Shown here: piece by piece, positions 50,713 through 63,741 of the stretch | How the letters are laid out: every line of letters begins with the position of its first letter | Position numbering within the stretch: position 1 is the first letter of the stretch | Assembly: GCF_002105155.1 (NCBI RefSeq) | Contig: NW_019028981.1 | Location: 744,001-808,000, forward strand | Source of the DNA: Lobosporangium transversale | Taxonomy: Eukaryota | Direction: 5' to 3' | Length of the DNA: 64,000 nt | Made by a program: the position numbers and the translations under genes | The notes under the pieces: model-generated | Database searches by the model: none | The model's input: only the letters and a program-made list of their open reading frames with translations | What the model was told of the DNA's origin: nothing

Positions 50713-51520
50713 ATTAGTAAAGGACACAGTCATAGCCCAAGCAAAAAAAAAAAAAAAAAAAAAAAGAAAGAAAATATAACGCGACAGATACCCATACAGT
50801 TACATTTTAGAATCAAGTCTTCAATGATTTTGAATAAAGGAGTGAGGAAGAAAAAAAAAAAAAAATAAAGAAGAATGCTAGGAGCACTACTAGCGTTGAA
50901 GGGTAGAAGAGATTATTAAACTACTGTATTGGTAACAGGAAGAACTGGGTTCACGCACTGCACTCAAGAAGTGTTTGTTCGTATTTTCCGTCAGGGAGAG
51001 AGCAAAGCAAATTGGCGTTATAAGTTCATGTTGATCAATCTACCAGTTTGTAATTTTCTTAGACAGAGCGCGTATCTTTCTTAGTGGCCGGTAGCAGACA
51101 TCGACTGAAAACGTAGGAGGAAGCAAAGATTGTACACAAATATTATATATTTTTGCTCTTTGGTGGTGAACACAAGTAAGAAGTGACCATTAGTATTATT
51201 CTTATCCCAATGAACAACCTGCACACGTGGCTCTGAACCCAAACGTCTTTCTACCGAAGACGCTCGCGTTCGCCGTCGGCAATGTTCCTCAGTCGAAAAA
51301 CAGACATTTAAACCCTTGCGTATGAGGACTACCAGAAATATAGTATGCTAATAATGATCTTTATGGAGCATAGTGGATGCATCCTGTCGGCCACTATCTT
51401 CGGTTGGAGTTAATAAAGCTTTTGGTGGCGTTTTCCTTTTTCAATCGCCTCTCGACTGGTTTATTCCTTTTGATTACATTCTTTTACTTCTGCTGAAGCG
51501 ATACTCTGTCTTGTGCCACT

Positions 51521-52821
51521 ATGCCAAAGGAAAAATCATCAATTAGCAAGACAGGTGGAGACAAGGTTTGTTCATTTGGATTGTCAAGTGCATGGGTTGC
51601 TTTGGCATGGTACTGATCAATTTGTTCTCATTCCAGTCTGAGAAAGTCGTGCTAGACTACCTTACCAAGCAGAACAGGCCGTATGGTGTCAGTAAGTGTG
51701 GGATCCGGCATTATTTTGTTCATGATCAAGTACATGAACCTTGAGCCTAATGAAGTTTTGACCATGGCTAGTGGACATCATTACCAACTTGCATGGTGCG
51801 ATAACAAAAGCCGAGTGCCAACGTGCCTTGAATACTCTCGTTGACAAGGAACTGGTGACAACTAAGCTGTATGGGAAGCAGGCGATTTATGTCGTACGGC
51901 AGGTACATACATTTACTGGTTTATTTTGTGCGCATGTAGTAGACTATAGTCCTTTGGAGAGTCTCTGCTGACTATTTTTCAACATTATCAAATTTATCAA
52001 GGACTTGATCGATATCACACCACCTGAAGAGATTGTTGTCATTGAGCAAGAAACTGCAAAGCTCCAAAATCAAATTGCACAGGCAAAAGCCAAAAACAAA
52101 GAGCTTACGTCTGGTATACAGAAGACATGATCTAGAAAATGCCATTGAGCTGGTGTTGCGCGGAAGAGCAATGTTTTCATCGTTATTAATCCCTTCTTAT
52201 ATAGAACTACATGCGCTTAATTGTTCGCTGACAACCGAACAGATCATTGGCAAGCTAGATCAAATTGCAAACAAGGTTCGATGTGCTTAATCACTCCCTT
52301 GTGTCGAGACATACCCGAGCAACTGCTCAAAACTAACGGGTCTTTTCCGATATAATCTTGATAGAATAAACAATTGGCGCAACACCTGTCAATGTTGCGT
52401 ACTGGAGCACAGCTCATTAGCACTGAAGAAAAACAACGAGTTGCGAAAGAGTTGGAGCGTCATCGTAGACTATGGTCCGAGAGGCGACGCCTTGTAAGTT
52501 TTTTCTGTAATATTTGAAGAGGTCTTCCTGCCTGTGTTGTCTTTGTCTTCCACACTAAAGCCATTCCGATATCGCTCATTAGTTTAAAGACATGTTTGCG
52601 AACGTGACAGAGAGCCTTCCTGGCAAACCCAAAGAACTACTGGTGAGATTCACGTCGGGCTTTTTTTCTTTTTTAGGGAGGGAGACGTCGAGCTTTCATA
52701 AAAAGAGAAGTTTGTAACATATAAAGCAATTCCACTTATTTGAGGTTAGGAGGAGCTCGATATCGACACACAAGACCCTTTCGACATCAATGCTAATCCG
52801 AGGGATCTTGTAAAAGTTTAG
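51521..52821 (+). CDS. HOP2: Homologous-pairing protein Hop2 (TBPIP/PSMC3IP)
   Basis: Eight exons: 51521-51565, 51637-51691, 51772-51902, 52002-52113, 52205-52275, 52365-52493, 52583-52642 and 52750-52821. They give VLDYLTKQNRPYG.MDIITNLH...KLYGKQAIYVVRQD, a coiled coil, and WSERRRLFKDM...KELLEELDI. Confidence 0.93.
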
Positions 52822-52831
52822 CTTGTAGTTT

Positions 52832-52864
<33 letters not shown>

Positions 52865-53315
52865 CAAATATGGCCCGTTCCATTTGGTCGCGATCCCTTA
52901 TATTTTTTGAATACTATTAAATGTATTAGTCAATTGACTCGCTTGTTATTGCATTGGGAATTCCCTTAAATGTAGAACCATTAAGGGGAATAATAAAAGC
53001 GATTCTAATATGTCTTTTTTTTTCGTCTTCACGCGTTCGTCAAAAAAAAATAATACATTTCGGTTGTTCTTGCTCAACTCTCAGATACAAATCATTAACG
53101 ATATTCATCCTACGAACTGACAATTGCACGCCGAATGTTGAATGAATCTGAATGTGAATTAACGTGTATTATTTCTGCATTCAGGTAGATCATCTCGAAA
53201 AAACATTATGGTATGAAGGCTATGTTCTTTTTTTCAATAATAAATATTAACACATTTATTGATCATCTCTTGGTTCACCTCGTCCTTGCTTCCTGTGTAG
53301 AGCTTGGAGCTTAAT

Positions 53316-55846
53316 ATGAATAACTTGTTGGATGATGTAGACAAGGTCGTGTTGATGATCTAGAAGAGTTCGATTCTGACTGTGACCATGGGAGTGAGGA
53401 GTCAGACTCTGACTGGGACTCGTGGATTGTTGACTCCAATGACTATTCGAATGAAGCGTCGGGATCTGACTCTGAAATAGAGCTTGATCCACCTATACCT
53501 CTTCTTGAAGCCACTAGCATCCATCCTTCCGCAGACGTTGGTATCGGAGAGAGCTCACTGATGCCAGATGGCTCAGAAAGTTCAGAACTAGACGAGAGGG
53601 TCTTTGCAAAGGTGAATGAAATAACGACTGAGATATTGCGCTCAAAATGCATGATTACCAATGGATTAAGTCGACTCTCGATGATGAAACGATAAAGGAT
53701 ATTGTAAACGACTCCCGTACGGAACTGTATGACTACCTGCCCGAATATTTTACGTTAACGAGGAGGACTTCAACTCTTGGCTTGAGCAAGATAGTCGCGA
53801 TCATTATTTTGTCTGGATGCGTCGCGTACATTGAGATAATAAGCCAGATGGCAGAAGCAAGTATTTTTATTTTCAAACCTACGAATGCCATCGTAACCAT
53901 GACTCACGAGGCCAAAACCGCGCTCAAACCGCTCTTCAAGACGTTCCTCAAGACATCCCTCAAGAGCCTGAGCAGGAACAAAGGCAAAAGAAAAGGAGGC
54001 GCGTCTTTAAGAAGAGCCAGAAAGTCGGATGTACAGCAAAGCTCATAGTCCACAACATGAAAGACGATAGTGGAGATCCCGAATTAGCAATGAAGGGCGG
54101 AAAGAAGCAACTCCGTATCACTTACTACTATAGGCACACAGGGCATGTCCTTGGCGATCCTAATGATTTCCAGTACCTTACCATGTCGGAATCAACAAAA
54201 ACACGGATCCGAAACTTGGTTTGTCTTGGCTTGAGTACTAGAGGGATAATTGTTAAAATCAATTTGGCCGGGCCTCAGGCATATTCCCACCATAAACAAG
54301 GGCGTGTACAGCGCGACAGCGTCCTTACATATGATGATGTTTATAACATTTATTACACACACATTTCTGCTCTGACAAAACTATCAGACAACGACATGGA
54401 CTCGATGAAGCTCTGGATGTCAAAGCTGCAGCAAGAGAAACAGTTTACTATATTCACAAAGAGTTTCACCATGGTAGGGCAGGATGGGAAGGCAATTCGT
54501 AAATTCGCCCATGGGTTCATGTCTCCTTTTCAGCGATCAGTATACAGCTCGAATTTAAATGTGTTGGGCTGGACTCAACACATGGAACGAACCGCTCCAA
54601 GTTCGAGCTTTTTACAATAATAATCCAGGATCCACTGCGAATGAGTGCCGTTCCTGTCGCTTTCTTGATCACCAATGACCATAGCCACCACTCTCTAGCA
54701 AGTTGACTGTCCCATATCAAGGATATGGTTGGCGCCCCAGAGTTCATTACTACTGATGACGCTCAGGTGGAATACAAGGCCATCCGTAAAGCATTTGGTC
54801 AGGAAGTAACTATCCATTTATGGCATGTGATGAAATCCTGGGCCCGCAAGCTCTCGACCTTAATCCGAGGTGCCGATAAGAACCAAAGTAAGGAACTTCG
54901 GCAATCTGCAACGAATGATCTCCGCTCGATCCTTTATGATCCAGCTTTCCGGAGCGCCGGTGAGAAAATAGTTGAATTCGAAAAGAAATGGTCGGAGCAC
55001 AATGAGGGGAAACTTTGGGAGTACCTCCAAGAACGATACTTTATCGAAGGACGAAGACAACGGTGGATGAAGCCATACTGTGTTGGTAAATTCTATGCCG
55101 GCATGGATACCAATAATTATGTGGAGTCTTGGCATAATCACCTCAAGTCCCATTTCCTACGAGGCCATACTAACTGCCGAGGTGACAGACTGATCTATCT
55201 CCTAAGTCATGATGTAGATGACTTCTATCAGGCATTAGCAATGCGTAGCGTTGTTCGGCATGGTCGACATTCCAAAGGCGAGAAGTTAGATATCTTGCAA
55301 GAAAGATGTTTAGATAACAAAAGTATTGAAGATTTACGAGATCTGGTCATCTATGTTGAAGGGCATTATTGCGTTATCTCGCCTACAACTGGGCGTGGTA
55401 TGTATAACGTCAGGGTCGATGAGAGCAATACCATCACAGGATGTAATTGCCAATTCTTTATTAGTAAGCGTCGTCCATGCATGCATATGCTTGTGTTGTT
55501 CAAAGTTAAGCAGAATGACGAAGAACGTCCACTGAGTCTTCCTAAAAAGGTAATGCCATTGGTGATGGACAAACATTTAACTGTTGAGCATGGTGAATAT
55601 CAGATTGAAGAGGAGAGTGGGCTTAATCAGGCTGAGGCTCTGCTTGAGGAGGATCAACAAAGCGAAGAAACTGATGAGTTGCTTGAGTTGATTAAAAAGT
55701 TTCTTCAAAACTCTGATATTATAGATAGGTCAAAGGAGACTGTAGGGAAGTTGAAGCATGTTGTAAATACGCTAGATAGTGTGCCAATAATCCCTAACAC
55801 TTCTGGAACTAAGAAACGGCAACGACAGTGTTATAAAAAAAATTAA
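53316..55846 (+). mobile_element. Mutator-like (MULE) DNA transposon transposase pseudogene with WRKY/FAR1-like and SWIM zinc fingers
   Basis: YECHR...KSQKVGCTAKL...YRHTGH; DDE core GLDSTHGTN (Asp 54572), ITTDDA, HLWHV and TNNYVESWHN; SWIM CNC...PCMH. It is disrupted by stops at 53832 and 54704 and by frameshifts near 53.65k, 53.76k and 54.55k. Confidence 0.9.
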
Positions 55847-57133
55847 ACCAAATTAAGGTTTCTCCCATCACCAATGCTAATGAAGTGCTTATAACCACCT
55901 TTCTCAGAATGATGGAACTATGCCCATAAAATGTGTAATAGAAGACTCAAATAGGCACCAAATAAAAAAAGAACGAAAAGGATCCTTTCAGTATTTATAG
56001 AGATAGTATCTAAAATTGTGAAAAAGTTGAGTGCTTTTAAGGTCTTTACAGACTTTAAAAATTGATGACTCCTGATACAGCGCTGGAAAGCAGATGTCCT
56101 TGGAATGGTCGATAGAAGAGCTTATTGATTTTCGTCTAAAATAGGTCCTAAGGGAATCCGTTCAGAATTCATGGAGTAGCACCTGTACAAAGTATTGGAA
56201 GCATAGAAAAAACCAAAATTATGCCATTTTTGACACACTCAACAGACTATTGCACCCGAACCATGAGAGGTAGAGCCTAGCTAATATAAGGGATCGTTCA
56301 ACTCACCTACAGCTACGATATAAACCCTGGTTATTGATATTCTATTCAACAGTTCTTGAGTAAATGACCGTAGAGTATCGAAAATTTGCTATTTTCCACC
56401 ACCTGCCCGCTTTTCCTTTAAGAAAGCTTTTTTTTCCTGCATATGTAACTGGCAGCGATTCTGCCGCCTTTGCATTCGTAATTGAAAAATACATATAACC
56501 TGAGGGTTCTGTGAATTTTGGGTGTATCTGTGCCGCGCTCTCTTCTTTTTACCAAGTATTGCAAAACTAATTTTGAAATTGTTGGCTAGATTAGTCATAT
56601 ACTCTGTCTTGCTGCACTTATCACTTAATTACGGAAACTAACTTTGGTCAGAAAACGTGAAACCATATTTCAATAGTTGCGCTCCAGTACCAGCTATAGG
56701 CCCCAGGCGGAAATAGTCCGATTGAGTCTGAAATGAGCAACTTTGCATATGGCGCCATGGATATCTACAAAGGGACCTTCCAAAAAATATTTATTATCAT
56801 GTGACTTATATATCGGAATTAAGTAATTTTAAGTTCAAAGGTGAATATTTATTTCCTCTATGGGGACTTACCTATGACGTATTTTGAGAGAGGTTTGCGC
56901 TGTACTCAAAATATGATGACTTTGTGCTGAATATTGACACGCAACCTCAAGCAAAAGATCCTTTTAATCCACTTCCTACTCCTGATCAACACGCGCATTG
57001 TATGCATTTCAGTCGGTAAAAAGGAGTGAACGACTAGTAGTTGCAGGGATTATAATCTTGAAAAAGATTATTTGAAAACTCCTGATTCTACTTTTTTCTG
57101 CTTTTGGTTACTAACAGTTCGTCGCAATCATCA

Positions 57134-57168
<35 letters not shown>

Positions 57169-57184
57169 TTGGCTTCCATCAGTC

Positions 57185-59576
57185 ATGCAGACACCACAAC
57201 AACAACAACAGCAATTCCAGCAACATATGCAACAACAGCAGCAACGAGCCTCAGCGATTCAAGCAACGGGAAGAATACCCAATGGCAGACATGGATCGTT
57301 TGAGATGGGTACATCTACTATATGAGCTGTAGCAAAAGAATTGGATATTGACAATCTCTGTGTTTGTTTGAATGGATTGGGCAAGAAAGTTTTTTTTTCT
57401 TTGTTCTAGTTATTGGCATAAGCTTCATTTTTTTTATTCATTTGTAAATCTGCATTCCATTGCCATTGGACTTTAGGGCAACCAAACCAAGGGTGGGGAT
57501 ACGGATCGGGACCAATGCCCGGAATGAATCAAACGCGGCCTCCTCTTTCTGGTTTCCCAAATGTCATGCAATCATCCTTGTTGCAACAGCAGCAGCAACA
57601 ACACCAAAATCCGACATCGCAACAGTTGCACCAACACCCTACACATCAGCATGAGATCCTTGATATGTCGGATTTTCCTGCTCTTGGGAGCGTCAATAGC
57701 GCATCCTCTAATCCTGGTCTATCATCTGCTAGTTACGCTAGTACGGCAGGAACACTGGTGAATGCAAATTCATCTACTGCAGGCAATGGGTTGTCACAGG
57801 AGTTTAGCATAGAGGATGATTTCCCAGCATTGCCAGGTGCAAGACCCAACTCTGCTGGCTCTGGTCGTCATTTCGGTTCGATGCAACTACACCAACAGCA
57901 ACAGAGTTCGTCTCGGAACCAACAAACTTTGCAGCATCATCCTTCGCAGCAACAAGCGCAGCATATGCTTCAACAGTCGCAACTTGATGGCTTGGGGGCA
58001 TTTTCATCTCTGATAAGCCCTTCATCAGGGCCACAGATGCAGCAGTCCATGCAGCTTCAACAACAACTGGCTAATGACATTATGTTTCAACAGCAGCAAT
58101 CATTGGCGCAACAGCAGATTTTGCATCTAAATGGTACGAAAAAGCAGGATGATTGTATTAATTGAGCAACAGGCAAATCTATAAAGTATAGAACTCTTAT
58201 ATGGATACATTCATGTTTCCATGGTAGGTTCTCATTCTCCACTCAGTGTCCACCTCTCAAGTTCATCCAATGATCTTGGAAAGTCGACAAAGGTAGCCAC
58301 GACCTCACAACTGCGGACTTGGCTCAATACCTCATGTCTTAGCTATCCTTTACAAGGTTGCTCATATCAGCTTTTCACCCTGCCTTAGAGTTATGCAACA
58401 AAAGCCGGAAATGGATCAGGGCTATTCCTGACAGCAAGTAGTCCCATGTCATCGACGTCAGCGCTCTCTTCTTCTGCTACATCAAAAGCTGGTAGCAACG
58501 TGCCATCAAACCTGAGCTCATCACAGTCAGGAGCAGTAACGACGAATCCTTCAAGACAAGTCGAGTCGAATTTAGGGCTCTCCAATTCTGTAAATGCATC
58601 AACAGATATGAAAACACTAACTGAGACTGCATTGAGTGATCATGATCGCTTTGGTTTGTTTGGAATGCTTGGTGTTATTCGCACGGCAGATCAGGACTCA
58701 ACCACCCTCACACTTGGTCGTGATCTGACTACGTTGGGCCTCAGTTTGAACTCTGCAGAGTAAGTGTGTCTCCTTGTTTATTTCTCATTTTTTTTTTTAT
58801 TTTTTTGTCAGATAGAGACTCTGGTCTGATCCGTTTGCGGGATGCTCCCAAAAACTATTACGGATTTGTTTTCATGAAATAGACCGCTATATGGGACATT
58901 TGCGTCTCCATGGTTTGAGGTTCCTACATCAGCAGATGTAGAAGCAGAATTCCATGTACCTGCATGCTATAATGTACAGCCACCCCCTCCACCACAAGCC
59001 AAGCTTGGTTCGGTTCAAGATGAAACGCTGTTTTACATTTTTTATACGATACCACGAGATGTCCTTCAGGATGCGGCTGCATTGGAGCTTTATAACCGAC
59101 ACTGGCGATATCACAAAGAATTAAGACTATGGTTGATGAAAGATCAAGCTTCGGAGCAATCTAAAACACCAACGTTCGAAAGAGGGAGCTATATTTTCTT
59201 TGATCCGAATAGTTGGGAGAAAGTAAAGAAGGACTTCATTGTAATGTATGATGCATTAGAGGAGCGCAGGCCAGCTAACCCGCTCGCTCCAAATGGGGGT
59301 GCTGTCTCATCTTCTACCACCGCATCTGGGTCTATGGCAAGCGTATTGAACCATGCGAACGGAATAGATGCAAACGCTCATTCAGGATTATTGAACAGTT
59401 TGAATTCTACGTCGACTCCGGGACCAGCAAGTGCTCAATCACTTCACATGAAACAGGTGAATGCTGCTTTTCAACAGCAACGTCAGCAACAGCAACAGCA
59501 ACAAAAATCATTTCAGATGTTAAACATGGGCTCAACTGGACACGGTCAATTCGGCAATAATAGCTCTAAACCATAA
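57185..59576 (+). CDS. NOT2: CCR4-NOT complex subunit Not2
   Basis: Exons 57185-57308, 57477-58133, 58228-58292, 58389-58759 and 58883-59576. Motifs DFPAL (twice), DRFGLFGML..IR, LGRDLTTLGLSLN, LYGTFASPW, DETLFYIFY.IPRD and ELYNRHWRYHKELRLWL. An extra 5' exon is possible. Confidence 0.93.
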
Positions 59577-61309
59577 TGGCATAGACTGCTTTTTTTTCCT
59601 GTTTTTTATTTTTACTGTGTTTGTTACTCCTTTTTTCTTCTCAAGTTACTTTTTTTTTTCTTCATTTCTTCATTATTCCACTTTGACAATACAGGCTGTT
59701 CAAGTAATTTTACATTGTTATTAGGAGTATTCGCAACCAAACTTTCGTCAAGGATTTACATTAGCTGAGAATATACTTTGTATTCATAACACTCTTACGA
59801 CACAGCAAGTCCATTGCAAACTTATCCTTTATACCGTTAGTCGGGCAAATTCGCCAGCTAACCTTATTAAACAGTTTTTTTTGTAGCTTTATCGAAAAGT
59901 CGTTGTTCCACATTGAGTAAAAATTAGTGTCCATTTCTCATCACCCATTGCCCTATATTTATCGTAGTTGTCTAGATCTTGAATCTATCTTTCATCTTTG
60001 TCTAGTACTGGGCTCGTTTCGTCATGAATAGTGCTTTGCTGCTGAGTATTTTTATCCTTTTTTAAGAATACTCTTGATGTGATGCTGGTCTTCTAAAGAG
60101 TCCAGGGTATTTGCCTGTACCTGTGTCTATGTAAATATTTTTTTTTTTTTTTTTTTTTTTTGTATTTGTTATTTTTTGCCTAAGAAGAATGATTGAATTC
60201 AAACTTTGTTGATGACCAAAAGGAGTATTTATCAATCCTTTTCCGTTATCTGTTTAGGTTGATTCAGTAACAGGTCTGCAAGGGCCCTTCTGCGCTCTTT
60301 TTCATCAGTATATGTGCGCAATTTTAAATGAACAATGGAGCAAACGCCAGCCGTAGTGAAGATTTAAGCTTTCTGATGAATGCAGTTCGAAAGCTTAAGA
60401 ACAGTTGACTTTTATATGAGCACGAGCCACACTTTGCAGTGCTCATCGCGCAGGATGTGGTAATTACGGTGTGGACAAACAAGATCGAAAAAAAAAAAAA
60501 GTATGTAAGAGAAACAGATCAATAATCAAGGTGAATGCAGGGCCTGCGCATTGATTAACCATCATGATATCGAGAGATGTAATGTAACGTAAAAATCATT
60601 TTTAGTAGCGAGTGCCATTTACACACGATAGTGAGAGAATATGTACAAGTAGGCAAAATTATACGGATAATTCTCGATTTTGCTTTCGGATCGTCCGAGG
60701 AAGGACAGGCATTGAACTATGGTCTTCCGTATATTTAACCAACCAAGCTCTTCCTGTATTATCAGTAACCTCAAGAGGCGGATATGTGGATCAAGAACTG
60801 GGATGAAAAGTGCAAGGAACACAACTATCGCGAAGTTTTAGCGGTAGAGAGCATCTCGCGGTGGTCACAGGTCGGTTGGACTTTCTTGCTCTCGCTCGCA
60901 CCACGACCAAAAGAGGATAATCACCCTGAAGCTTTATTCCTGACGATAAAGCATGGTTTGCACAAGTTGCTTTAGTATAAGGAGCAATTTTTCATAAAGG
61001 AAAAAAAATAAATTTAAAAAAGATAGTGTACAAAGAAGGTTAGATGACATTAAACTATTCTAAGCAGTGTTGAACAGGAGAATGCTCGTAAAACGTTGAG
61101 TTTGGCACGCTATTTATTACAATCTCTGCCTCGCTGCTCATATTCTTCAATCTATATTAAACGGACCTGAGCCTTCATTATAATAGGAAAGTATCTAGCT
61201 GTAGGGAGTTAGGGACGTCTCGTGTAGACGCAACGTAAAGACATGGATTATGTATCGGTTGCTTTGGTAAGACAAAGCGCAATTATAATAAAAGAAGGAC
61301 AAAAAAGGC

Positions 61310-62377
61310 CTATGCTAACATAGGTTCATTCCGGGTGCGCGGGCTTTTGGTGGCTTTCTTCATACCAAGGTTTGCTACATATGGAGATGCAAAAACGGAT
61401 GTTTTATGGTTAGTTCTAGCAGTCCTAGCTTACAGGTAATTTGATGAAGCAACATAAGAATAACATTTACCCTGTTCTTCTTCTTCTCGCTCTTGGGCAT
61501 GGAGAGCAGCGATTTGCTCCTCTTTTGACATTGTAGGTACATTAGGTAGCATATCTGTGGTCTCTTGTGCCTAAGAGGTTGTGCATTTATCGTGTCAGAA
61601 TTACTGTTAAGATACATACGCGAAAGCGCGCTGGATGATAAAAATATGAGCTCACCACCATCTCGTCAAGTTCTCTTTCGATATCTTCTTCTTCGGCCAC
61701 AGAAAGTCGAGTACTGAGCATCTCGTCAATTTCATTTTGGTAGGCGATGCTTTCTGCAGTCTCATCCATCAATTTCTCTACGTCTGAGAGGGACATATCC
61801 TTGTGTAGCTCCTTCAGCACCTGGTTTCCGGCTGCGAGTCCATCAAAAATTTGTTTCTCAACAAGCGCATGCTCAATGGAGTATGTCTAAGATAGGTGAT
61901 TTAGTGAATATGAGGAAGGTTTATGTCCTGTTTCCTAATTCAAAAGTAGATGAGCAAGCAACTAACAGTCGCATTTACAAGGAGGAAAATTATATCGACG
62001 GTGTATACCAGTTCATCCAGATTTGTCATTTGCATCTGAGTCTTTTCGAGCAAACCCTCTTGAAATTTTTTTCGCCTTAGTGCCAGAAGAGCACGTTTCT
62101 TATCACCATTGGCGAGATGACCTTTAGCTAGTTCCAGTTCCTTGTTAATAACACTGTCTAACTACGAGCGAAAAGACATGAATGAGTATAAGTTTCTTCA
62201 TTAAACTTAATATCACAATATATCATAAAGCATTCATTAATCTTGAGCTTTAGCAGTAGGTTCCTGGTTCCCTACCTTCCTACTATATGCCTTCAGTTTA
62301 TCCCTTTGAACTTTAAGGTCCAGAATGGCTCTGTCCTGAGAAGTAATCTTGTTAGATTTGGATGTCGTTGAGCCCAT
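61310..62377 (-). CDS. VPS20: ESCRT-III subunit Vps20/CHMP6 (Snf7 family)
   Basis: Exons 62377-62276, 62161-62009, 61886-61656, 61570-61471 and 61374-61310. MGSTTSK myristoylation-type start, ITSQDRAILDLKVQRDKLK, RALLALRRKKFQEGLLEKT, VEKLMDETAESIAYQNEIDEML and LPNVP. Confidence 0.95.
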
Positions 62378-63741
62378 GGCGCAGGTATTTGAAGGAATGA
62401 TACAGTTCAAGATGGAGGGTGGAGTTGACAATGGAGCATGCTGGTTTATGGAATGATATATTCATGCTACTCATTCTTGGACAAAGTGAGCACGTGATCC
62501 CGGCGTTCGGATCAGATAATGAGCAAAGACATGTCCAGACGATTTAAATATTCCACTCTGGGTCTAAGGGGTCTAAGGACAGGGTTTCTAATTATTTTTT
62601 GAATGGCGTCCTAACAAATGCTCCACTACCACATGGGAACACTCTATTCTGTAGGGAAATGAACAAGTGGCTTAGTGTTCTCCATTCTTTCCCTTCTGAT
62701 GCTCTTTAAGCAATTTGATTTCCTTGCTCCATTTTACACTTTTACGAATTCTTGAAAGAAGGTAATGATGACTAGGCTCAAAAATCAGTTGTAAAGAGCC
62801 TTCTCTACTGTTTTTTTCCTGATGAACTCAATAGTGGCGCTGTGGGTGTAAATGTTCTAGTACATCAAAAAAATCATAAAAAAATGGTGGCTGCGATCTT
62901 GGAGGTCGAAAGGACGTTTGATGGGATTGTGCACTGTCGAGATAGGAAGTAAGGGAAAAGGGTCATTCATAACTAAGGCATGAAGGGATGGGAGAGGAAT
63001 TTTCGAAGCCTTTTGAAAGTTATGTTTGACCGTATCTGCGACGGATGTGTGAAGCCGAACGGAGTTAGATACGTTTTGGTGTTGTGCGGAGTTCTTCTTT
63101 CGGGCTTGCGCATTGAGTTTGTGGTCATTAAGCACCTCTATGGTCGATAACCAAATGTCTAGGGATCGGCCGATTGGAGAAAGCATAAATACAACACTTA
63201 TTGTTCAGTAGATGCTGCTGTTTCGGCAACGCGAGAGTTAATGGCAAGGTTTGCTTATCAAGAATAAAAATTAACGTTGATGGTCTTGATCATCGGATAC
63301 TGTGTCCTATTGTTATCCTCGGACTCACAAAGTACCCATAAAATTGCGTTCAGATTCTCCAAAGTGTTCCTAAAGCGTTATTTTAGAGAGGTAGAGCTGT
63401 ATTTTCTTTGCTCTATCCTATCTATTCAGTCTTTATTTGTACTTGTCAAAAGTCTCCTTAATATGAACTGGTCGCCTTCAGCCACAATGCCGTTATTGAC
63501 ATTGTCAAGCGCTTTTAGGGCGGGAAATCAATGTGTCTATAGTTCAGTTTAAGAAGTGGGATTGTTGAGTTGACACTTGAAAAAACTAATATGACAATGA
63601 TACATCAGGACTCTTTATTTTTCTTTCTTTTTTTTTTCTCTCCCACCTTCTCTCTTTCTTTCTCCCTGATTTTATTTTGTCTTCTCTCCTATATTGAACG
63701 TTTGATCCATCAACTATCAGTTTATTCAGCTGTTCTTACTC

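Noticed and set aside
55851..55867. Weak inverted similarity to 52955-52971 as an alternative MULE TIR
   Set aside because: Only about 12 of 17 positions match, it does not extend, and there is no TSD.
62857..63560. Minus-strand protein-like fragments upstream of VPS20
   Set aside because: They may be a decayed gene, but no motif was recognisable enough to call.
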